This document shows, in pieces, positions 23,144 to 29,540 of a DNA stretch of 32,000 nt. The stretch is from Acaryochloris thomasi RCC1774 (lineage in GTDB: Bacteria; Cyanobacteriota; Cyanobacteriia; Thermosynechococcales; Thermosynechococcaceae). The notes beneath the pieces were generated by a model, which had not been told where the DNA came from, searched no databases, and was given only the letters and a program-made list of their open reading frames with translations. Position 1 is the first letter of the stretch; every line of letters starts with the position of its first letter. The position numbers were made by a program, and so were the translations under genes. Where the stretch lies: assembly GCF_003231495.1 (NCBI RefSeq), contig NZ_PQWO01000023.1, positions 24,931 to 56,930 on the forward strand, given 5' to 3'.

Positions 23144-23225
23144 TAGCGCCTGCATCCCTTACTGTCAGGGCATTGCAGCCTTAGTGTTGTTTTCTGTTCC
23201 GATGTACCCTAAACACCTTAAACTG
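23140..23225. repeat. Right arm of ~85-bp imperfect inverted repeat (IR-R), ending 45 bp before the recombinase start
   Basis: aaaatagcgcctgcatcccttaCTGTCAGGGCaTTgCAGcCTTAGtGTTGTTTtCTGTtCCGATgtACCcTAAACaccttaaac; 44/53 identical to rc(IR-L) across the core by hand count. Confidence 0.7.
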
Positions 23226-23270
23226 TTAAAAATACGACCATTTTATTAACAGTTACAAGCTGAGCCGATT

Positions 23271-23852
23271 TTGACCGGATCCAAATTCATTCGCAAGCAG
23301 AATAAGCACTATCGCTCCAGGGAGCATCTGACACCCGATGAAATGGATCGGCTCATTGATGCTGCAGAGCTACGAGGACGGCACCCGATCCGAGATAAAG
23401 CACTATTTTTGATGATGTTCCGGCATGGCCTGAGAGTATCGGAAGCGATCCAATTGCAATGGGAAGCCGTCATGATTCCCACCCAGCAAATCTATGTGAG
23501 GCGGCTGAAGGGATCCAAGCCATCGACTCATCCACTGCAGGAGGATGAGATTGAGTTGTTAGTGGATTTGCGATCCGAATATCCAGAGAGTCGGTTTCTA
23601 TTTCCGGCAGAGAGAGCTGAGCACCTATCGCCCCACGCTGTCACCATGCTGCTGAAGCGCTGTGTAGATTTAGCAGAGATCGAAATCAAGGTGCATCCGC
23701 ACATGCTGAGACATAGCTGTGGGTACTACCTTGTAAACAAGGGGTATGACCTCAGAAAGATTCAAGACTGGCTGGGGCATCGCAACATTCAGCATACGGT
23801 TAGGTACACAGAGCTGGACTCTAAGAAGTTTGACCAATTTTTGTTTGAGTAG
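23271..23852 (+). CDS. Small tyrosine recombinase of the FimB/FimE (type 1 fimbrial switch) family
   Basis: 193 aa; REHLTPDEMDRLIDAA, FRHGLRVSEA (Arg I), RRLKGSKPSTHPL (Lys), HPHMLRHSCGY (His-x-x-Arg), IQDWLGHRNIQHTVRYT (His and the Tyr nucleophile); near-collinear with E. coli FimB/FimE as I recall them; TTG start uncertain. Confidence 0.85.
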   Translation: MTGSKFIRKQNKHYRSREHLTPDEMDRLIDAAELRGRHPIRDKALFLMMFRHGLRVSEAIQLQWEAVMIPTQQIYVRRLKGSKPSTHPLQEDEIELLVDLRSEYPESRFLFPAERAEHLSPHAVTMLLKRCVDLAEIEIKVHPHMLRHSCGYYLVNKGYDLRKIQDWLGHRNIQHTVRYTELDSKKFDQFLFE

Positions 23853-24020
23853 CCCAAGGGTTCAGCGACTTGCAGTGTAGAGTGGGAGGGGAGCTAGCGG
23901 ATCCAGCTACTCTGACTTTTGGGCAATCATTCAAACAACATTACATAAAAACCCAGGCATCAGCATCATAAGACTAAATCTATTCTAGAAATAGATAAAT
24001 ATTTACACAAATAAACCTTT

Positions 24021-24088
24021 ACATATTCACGTCATAGTCATATTGTGTAATTTGCTTTATACACAATATGACTATGACGTGAATATGT
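24021..24088. promoter_or_regulatory. 68-bp perfect palindrome (29-bp arms) in the AT-rich parA promoter region: candidate centromere/operator
   Basis: ACATATTCACGTCATAGTCATATTGTGTA-atttgcttta-TACACAATATGACTATGACGTGAATATGT; shares the 17-nt string TCATATTGTGTAATTTG with the palindrome at 25483. Confidence 0.6.
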
Positions 24089-24202
24089 TAATGTGTAATA
24101 TAATATTTTTACAAAGCATATATATTGTATTTTTACAATTGCATTATTTTTTTTTGTTGTATTTGTGATATAAAGCAATGACACCAATTAATCAATAGTT
24201 AA

Positions 24203-24973
24203 ATGCTTAATATTGCTTCTATGTCATTGAGTGGTGGCCAAGGCAAGACAACCGTAGCGGTTTTGCTGGCAAAATATCTGGCGGAGCAAGGCTCTAACGT
24301 CTTGCTCATTGATTCAGATCCACAAGCAAATGCAACTACTTTCTTGGGTCATTCTGTTGAGTCTGATGAACCAACACTTCTCGAAGCCATAAAAGGCACA
24401 GTAGACATTGAGGATGCAGTTTATGAAACGGAAATATCCAACCTATCCTTGATCCCAGCAGATGATGCATTAGACCAAGTTCAGGATTGGCTAAGTAGCT
24501 CAGGTGCTGGTGCAGTAATGCTACGAAAAAGGCTCAAACCTTTGAAAAGCCATGATATTTGCATCATGGATTCCCCGCCTCAACGATCTCAGATCTGTAA
24601 AACGATCATTGGTGCTTCTGACTATATCCTTATGCCTTGTGAATCAAGCGTTAAGGGTTTTGGTTCAATGGTGAGAACATTGTGTGCAGTAGATGAGTTG
24701 AATGACATTGAAGTTTCTTCTGCTCAGATTTTAGGAGTTATTCCTTTTCGTGATCGATGGGTGGGTAACAACAGGACTAATGAGTCTCAGCTGTGTATCT
24801 CGGCAATGGAAGAAGAACTTGATGGTGATGCACCAGTATTTCCCACGATACGGGAATCAGAGAGGTACAAACAAGCAATTAGCGGCAAAACCACCCTCAA
24901 GCAGCTTGGTTATCCAGATTTGGAATATCCCTTTGAAGTAATTTCAGACGTAATTAGGAGTATTAAACGGTGA
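24203..24973 (+). CDS. parA: ParA-family partition ATPase with atypical Walker A (SGGQGKTT)
   Basis: IASMSLSGGQGKTTVAVLLA...VLLIDSDPQANAT...ICIMDSPP: deviant Walker A, A-prime and B boxes; Ser occupies the position of the ParA signature Lys. Confidence 0.9.
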   Translation: MLNIASMSLSGGQGKTTVAVLLAKYLAEQGSNVLLIDSDPQANATTFLGHSVESDEPTLLEAIKGTVDIEDAVYETEISNLSLIPADDALDQVQDWLSSSGAGAVMLRKRLKPLKSHDICIMDSPPQRSQICKTIIGASDYILMPCESSVKGFGSMVRTLCAVDELNDIEVSSAQILGVIPFRDRWVGNNRTNESQLCISAMEEELDGDAPVFPTIRESERYKQAISGKTTLKQLGYPDLEYPFEVISDVIRSIKR

Positions 24974-25386
24974 GTGGGAATAAAATCTTAGACGGAATGA
25001 AGGGTAGTCGGAAGAGAGGCCGTCCAAAGGTTTCACGAGATACCTCTTTTACTGCACAAGATCATGAGTCTGCATCCAATACAAGTGCAATACCTAATGC
25101 GACTGAAGAAAATCAGATCACTCGAACTTTGTCATGGGAAGAGGAATTAAAAACGTTACCTGAAGTTGGAAACAGAAGGAACATTAGATTAGAGACCTCT
25201 ATTGATGAAGAGTTGTTCACAATGTGTAGAGATAGCCCTTTGACACTTGAAACCTTACTAGAAGGGTTCTACATCGTTTGCAAAGATAATCCAAAACTCA
25301 TGAAAAAAGTTCAGGAAGAAGCTGAGAGTCGATATAAACAAAGAAAACGCAAGGGGCAGCTCAGAAGGCTTATTAGTCAGGCTTAA
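24970..25386 (+). CDS. Putative partition adaptor / centromere-binding protein with AT-hook-like N-terminus
   Basis: GTG start overlaps the parA stop (GTGA); RKRGRPKV AT-hook-like motif in a disordered N-terminus; basic C-terminal helix EEAESRYKQRKRKGQLRRL; no ParB HTH recognised; role inferred from position. Confidence 0.5.
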   Translation: MSGNKILDGMKGSRKRGRPKVSRDTSFTAQDHESASNTSAIPNATEENQITRTLSWEEELKTLPEVGNRRNIRLETSIDEELFTMCRDSPLTLETLLEGFYIVCKDNPKLMKKVQEEAESRYKQRKRKGQLRRLISQA

Positions 25387-25482
25387 ATCCATTCATTAAC
25401 TCCATCAAAGCAATTCATGACCCAAGAATTTTGACTGGCATACTTCCAAGGCCCTCACCAAGGGGGTTATACTAATTTAACG

Positions 25483-25526
25483 ATAAATCATATTGTGTAA
25501 TTTGAATATTACACAATATGATTTAT
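25483..25526. promoter_or_regulatory. Second palindrome (19-bp arms) downstream of the par operon: candidate second centromere site
   Basis: ATAAATCATATTGTGTAAT-ttgaat-ATTACACAATATGATTTAT. Confidence 0.55.
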
Positions 25527-25766
25527 GTGTACTTTGAAATAATTGTTTTTTAGCGTAGATTTTCCACGTCTCCCTAAACCACCGCGACCCCAAGCCCTAC
25601 CCTCGCTCACCCCAGTTCCCCGAGCGACAACCTTTGACTTACCCCAGCCGGAAGAGTCGAGAGCATGGCTGCAGGAAACGCTGGACGGGCTGCTGTTGTC
25701 GGGGGATAGCGTATGTAAAACTTTAGGGTGCTAGCTGTGCAACTTAAAAAAGCACCAGCTCAACCC

Positions 25767-26069
25767 ATGTCCCTAGAACGCCACCGATATCCCGCTGATT
25801 GGAAAGCGATCGCAACGTCGATCAAAGAGGAGGCGGGATGGCAGTGCGAGAATTGCGGTAAAGTCTGTCGTCGGACTGGCGAGAGCCTGATGGACTACAT
25901 CCAACGCTCACAGTATCCTGCAGTGGAGGTACTGCTGCACCGCCAGCGGTATACCCTTGACGGCGCACATCTTGATCAGGATCCAGAGAACAACAGAAGA
26001 AGTAATCTCAAGGCACTCTGCCGCGTCTGCCATTTGAACCACGATCGCAAATGGTCAAGTTCAATATGA
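25767..26069 (+). CDS. HNH endonuclease
   Basis: YPADWKAIATSIKEEAGWQCENCGK...DGAHLDQDPENNRRSNLKALCRVCHLNHD: CxxC...H-N-H...CxxCH zinc-finger nuclease pattern; ATG at 25767 preferred over GTG at 25728. Confidence 0.8.
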   Translation: MSLERHRYPADWKAIATSIKEEAGWQCENCGKVCRRTGESLMDYIQRSQYPAVEVLLHRQRYTLDGAHLDQDPENNRRSNLKALCRVCHLNHDRKWSSSI

Positions 26070-26266
26070 TGCAACGGCGGGAGAGATTGGGGCAGTTGAG
26101 ACTACTGGCAGAACAGTAAACAGATAAGTGAGAAATTGTTGCTTGGAATCGAAGGGATTGCCAAATATTGAGTGAAAATGAAATGTTATACGGCAGCTTG
26201 TCGTCTAACCATAGTCGAGTTTTAGAATATATTGGGCAACGTTGTATCTATCAAGAAGGTTGATTC

Positions 26267-26614
26267 ATGAATTTAAAGCAGTTTATTTCTGAAACACTTA
26301 TTCAGATAACAGAAGGAATTGAAGAGGCACAAAAATCTCGCAGAACCGAGCAGATCAGAATCAACCCAAAATCTTCTGGAGGTATCAATGTTGTTACACC
26401 AACTCTCTATACAGATGAAAATGGTACTAGTGTTTTTCCTGTCACCTTTGATGTTGCGATCAGTGCAGGAGATAGGGATGGAGTAAAAACTCTTGGAATC
26501 AATGTTTTGAATGGCGGAGGGAATTGTAAGGATCCTCCTGAAGAATCAAAATCCAGCGTTTCCAGAGTGACATTTACTGTCCCAATTGCTTATCCCCTAA
26601 AAAAAGCTGAATAA
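26267..26614 (+). CDS. Hypothetical protein, possibly trypco2-like (conflict-system associated domain)
   Basis: 115 aa; N-terminal helix LKQFISETLIQITEGIEEAQKS followed by beta-rich VTFDVAISAG...LGINVLNGGG...VSRVTFTVPIAYP resembles my recollection of the trypco2 profile; unverified. Confidence 0.35.
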   Translation: MNLKQFISETLIQITEGIEEAQKSRRTEQIRINPKSSGGINVVTPTLYTDENGTSVFPVTFDVAISAGDRDGVKTLGINVLNGGGNCKDPPEESKSSVSRVTFTVPIAYPLKKAE

Positions 26615-26697
26615 GCGGAAAAGATCCTGGCTCTACCAAGTTTCTTCGCAGTGCTCCGTCTATACCCGCAGGGTTAGGGGGTGGAGAGGGCGATTAA

Positions 26698-27066
26698 GGG
26701 ATCTTATCGGGTGGGGTATTACGAGTTCATGATACTCCTGAGGCGGTTGATATTCAGTTGGGTCTCTATGATTTACTGCTCAAGCAAACTTATCAGCAAG
26801 CATTGAAGAAGCTCAGCCTGATTTATCTGCGGACCGGAAGGAAGGTTACCTATCAGGTGACACCTGAACATAGGAAAGAGTCAAAAAGGCTGATCGAGAA
26901 ACTAGCCGTCAGCTTGCAGAAGGAAAATGAATGGAGACCGCAAGAAGGAGAACAGTGCGATCGCTGTAGCTATCAGCGCTATTGCGCGGAGAAGGCAGAG
27001 GTGCCTGAGCCATTGCCGGAAAATGCCAGAAGGCCGAAGGGGATGCAGTTGTTGTTGCCGTTGTAA
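26698..27066 (+). pseudogene. C-terminal remnant of a PD-(D/E)XK (Cas4/RecB-like) nuclease
   Basis: In-frame stop at 26695 then GILSGGVLRVHDTPEAVDIQLGLYDLLLKQ...QCDRCSYQRYC: QLxxY motif and terminal CxxCxxxxxC cluster of Cas4-like nucleases, but no N-terminal Cys or catalytic D/E-K core; an upstream frame gives GWRGRLRDLI, suggesting a frameshift. Confidence 0.5.
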
Positions 27067-27072
27067 GGAGCC

Positions 27073-27501
27073 GTGCAAATGAAATCAATACTAAAATCGT
27101 TACTACCAACTCAATGGCAAAAGAGTCAAAAATTTAGTAGTGAACGACCTGATTTCAATGATCCTACGCTTTACTCTGATACAGATCTGCAACATTCTCA
27201 CTGTCAGGTTGGCCCGAGAGAGGTTGCAGAAGTCCTGAGAAAAATGATATCTGGAGAGAAGAACGCCCAGGCAGTATTTGATACTTTTTTCTTGAGCTGC
27301 ATATCTGGCGATCTATTTGATTTTACGATTGATGATTACAAGATCAGTTTGTTAATAGATGATCCAGGCACATTCGACTACATCGAATCTGTAACTATTG
27401 AAGGCAGGCGAGCTGCCTACGGTGACTGGAAAGTCGATCCTGAATTTCTCTTGAGTGATGAGGAACAGAATCAATTTCAGATGCTCTTGGAAAGCCTCTG
27501 A
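27073..27501 (+). CDS. Hypothetical 142-aa soluble protein
   Basis: Clean ORF with coding-like composition; no family recognised; stop overlaps the ATG of the next small ORF (TGATG). Confidence 0.6.
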   Translation: MQMKSILKSLLPTQWQKSQKFSSERPDFNDPTLYSDTDLQHSHCQVGPREVAEVLRKMISGEKNAQAVFDTFFLSCISGDLFDFTIDDYKISLLIDDPGTFDYIESVTIEGRRAAYGDWKVDPEFLLSDEEQNQFQMLLESL

Positions 27502-27650
27502 TGGATCTCTATACTCAAGAAGCCAGGGATGCGATCGCAGTACCAGAGACTTGGTATCTACCGCCGATGCCACTTGCTGCCTGGGGTTGTCTGGCAGGGA
27601 TGGTTGCGATCGTTGCACTCTACTATTGGGTGGAGAGGCGATCAGCTTAG
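27501..27650 (+). CDS. Small (49 aa) single-pass membrane protein, below the ORF-track cutoff
   Basis: MDLYTQEARDAIAVPETWYLPPMPLAAWGCLAGMVAIVALYYWVERRSA*; one TM helix followed by a basic stop-transfer; start overlaps the upstream stop. Confidence 0.35.
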   Translation: MDLYTQEARDAIAVPETWYLPPMPLAAWGCLAGMVAIVALYYWVERRSA

Positions 27651-27726
27651 TATTCAGAAGATGAATGGAGATCGCAGGAAGGGCAGCAGTGGAAATTATG
27701 GCCGCAGACACTTGGAGAGAAAAGCG

Positions 27727-27933
27727 ATGAATATTAAAGCTTCCGATGAGTTTCTAGCCTCAATGAAACACTTTGGTTCTACCACTCAAGAACAGATTGA
27801 GCTGAACCAGCTTCTGCTTGACAGAATCAAAGCACGGCAGGAGAAAGAGCTAACGCCCGGACAATTGCAGGAGCGGCGGGAAGAGTATGCGTTATTCGAG
27901 GAGAATCGGTCTAGGAACAGGCAAGAGATCTGA
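27727..27933 (+). CDS. Small (68 aa) charged helical protein
   Basis: MNIKASDEFLASMKHFGSTTQEQIELNQLLLDRIKARQEKELTPGQLQERREEYALFEENRSRNRQEI; the internal ATG of ORF 27529..27933 is chosen because the upstream part looks non-coding. Confidence 0.3.
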   Translation: MNIKASDEFLASMKHFGSTTQEQIELNQLLLDRIKARQEKELTPGQLQERREEYALFEENRSRNRQEI

Positions 27934-28080
27934 TAGATGTGATCGCACTTCCTACGGTCACAGCCCGAATAGTGCCAAATGGTGGTGATTCACCCTTCTT
28001 ATTATTGATAAGCAGTGTAGATCGATAACAAAGATTCAGAAGTAGCGCAGTATTGTCGGAATCAATAATAAGAATCTATT

Positions 28081-28108
28081 GCAGTGACGGCATTACCACC
28101 GTCACTGC
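28081..28108. terminator. Hairpin between convergent genes (possible bidirectional terminator)
   Basis: GCAGTGACGG-cattacca-CCGTCACTGC, 10-bp GC-rich perfect stem; A/T-rich flank on the left side. Confidence 0.4.
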
Positions 28109-28127
28109 GATCGCAATCGCGCCTTAC

Positions 28128-28631
28128 CTAAAACCATGAGCGGTGAGTAGTTACGTTTCTGCATGTAATGGCGGTATGAGTGCCTATCGCTCCAGGCCCA
28201 GTCAATTCTTCTACGTTCACATAGTCAGGTTTGCGAAGAAACTTACTAGCAACCCAAGCAACGTCATACGAACTGCTGTTTAGGATTGGATACGAAACCA
28301 TTGTCCAAGCGATACCACCGCGTTTGATACCGTTCAGTGGATGAGTGACAATCTCTACCCCTTCATTTCTACTAAAAACATACTCAACGGGTCGATCTAG
28401 CGGTTGATACTCACCTAACGATGTCACTGCTTTATGTAAATCAGCTCTATCGAAGGTGCGTCCCTGCATAAATGTTGCAGGGTTCTCGTGTTTCAAGGCC
28501 CAACGTGCATTGACATCTTCACCCGTGATGCAAGCTTGTCCGTACTTAGGAGGTTCAGCCTTCCCAGGTGCAGCAGATAAAATGATAATAGCTGCTGTGG
28601 CAAGTAGTTGATTGATCTTAAAAAGCTTCAT
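28128..28631 (-). CDS. Secreted protein of unknown function
   Basis: 167 aa; signal peptide MKLFKINQLLATAAIIILSAAPGKA; two Cys residues; no family recognised. Confidence 0.7.
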   Translation of the reverse strand: MKLFKINQLLATAAIIILSAAPGKAEPPKYGQACITGEDVNARWALKHENPATFMQGRTFDRADLHKAVTSLGEYQPLDRPVEYVFSRNEGVEIVTHPLNGIKRGGIAWTMVSYPILNSSSYDVAWVASKFLRKPDYVNVEELTGPGAIGTHTAITCRNVTTHRSWF

Positions 28632-28999
28632 TCTCTTTTCCGGTTAGCGTTTTTAGTAACCACAACTTACGTATACTGCGACTACCTATACAGCCGAAAT
28701 AGAGAAACTACTGAACTGTAGATCTTGTTTGAAGTGCTCTACTCCGTAGCTTCACTGAATAGAGCTGAAGGACTTTGTTGCTTTAATCGCTTAGAAGGCG
28801 CTTGAAAAAATTTAAGGGCAAGCTTCTCCCTGAGAGGGAGGCAGATCGGAGACCATCGCATCTCAAAGCAATATAGTTCTGCTCTCGTTAAGTCTCCCAG
28901 GGTATCAATAAACAATCCAAGCTAGCCTCAACAGGAGACTAAAGGTGCAATAAGAAGCAATACCACTGGAATCCTCAGAATACCTATGGTACTCTGAGC

Positions 29000-29013
29000 A
29001 GTACATAGATACC
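29000..29013 (+). promoter_or_regulatory. Candidate cyanobacterial LexA (SOS) box upstream of umuD
   Basis: AGTACATAGATACC fits the published RGTACNNNDGTWCB consensus (as I recall it) at 13/14 positions; an adjacent GTACT-N6-AGTAC dyad lies at 28989-29004; about 100 nt upstream of the umuD ATG. Confidence 0.25.
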
Positions 29014-29111
29014 AGCACCCTTCGAGTTCATCTATTTTTGAGCTTTTGCGTGGGCAAGCTTTGTATGTCTACTTGTTTGCCAGTGAGGTTTTCGGTCAAT
29101 GAACACTTAGT

Positions 29112-29540
29112 ATGCAAGTTCAATCTATCCACGAGCTGAAAGAGCTTTCTGAGCTAGAGCGACCGCTCCTCGGTTCCCTTGTACCGGCTGGATTCCCTTC
29201 GCCAGCAGACCAATACATTGAGTGTAATCTCGACCTCAACAAACTTGCGATCGCACATCCTTCAGCGACGTTCTTCATGCGAGTTTCGGGCGATTCGATG
29301 GTGGAGGCAGGCATCTTCGACCGGGACTATCTGGTTGTCGATCGGGCAGTCGAAGCGACGCATGGTTCTATCGTTATCGCAGAGCTGGGAGGAGAGCTGA
29401 CGGTCAAGCGCCTATACAAGCAAGGCAGAGTGTTGGAGCTGCGACCAGAGAATAGCCAGTACCAGCCAATTCGGATCCATCGAGAGTCTGAGCTAGAGAT
29501 CTGGGGGGTCGTCAGGGGTGTTTTCAGGAAAACGGTCTAA
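29112..29540 (+). CDS. umuD: UmuD-like S24 peptidase (translesion polymerase V accessory subunit)
   Basis: AGFPSPADQY...FFMRVSGDSMVEAGI (Ser nucleophile)...GELTVKRL (Lys): LexA/UmuD C-terminal domain. Confidence 0.9.
   Translation: MQVQSIHELKELSELERPLLGSLVPAGFPSPADQYIECNLDLNKLAIAHPSATFFMRVSGDSMVEAGIFDRDYLVVDRAVEATHGSIVIAELGGELTVKRLYKQGRVLELRPENSQYQPIRIHRESELEIWGVVRGVFRKTV

Noticed and set aside
22478-23155. Track ORFs 22478..22681, 22585..22791 (+) and 22883..23155 (-) in the AT-rich segment
   Set aside because: They overlap one another and have low-complexity Lys/Leu/Ser-rich products with no RBS. The region is riddled with repeats and hairpins. I treat it as non-coding, though a small real gene cannot be excluded.
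23893-23904. Adjacent NheI and BamHI sites (GCTAGCGGATCC) after the recombinase gene, reminiscent of a cloning polylinker
   Set aside because: No other vector-like sequence (tags, T7 elements, further multiple-cloning sites) surrounds it. GGATCC also occurs inside the recombinase gene. The adjacency is probably coincidental.
25543-25734. 63-aa Pro-rich ORF (FPRLPKPPRPQALPSL...) upstream of the HNH gene
   Set aside because: It has a TTG-type start with no RBS, a proline-rich low-complexity sequence, and ends in the HNH upstream region. It may be a gene remnant, but I cannot support a call.
27529-27726. N-terminal two-thirds of track ORF 27529..27933, and the antisense ORF 27352..27711
   Set aside because: The composition is Arg/Trp/Gly-rich and non-coding-like. 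This stretch overlaps the better-supported 49-codon TM ORF in another frame. Only the part from the ATG at 27727 is retained.
29101-29121. GAAC-N13-GTTC dyad overlapping the umuD start codon as a possible Gram-positive-type LexA box
   Set aside because: The spacing is wrong for the GAAC-N4-GTTC Cheo box, and it overlaps the coding start.
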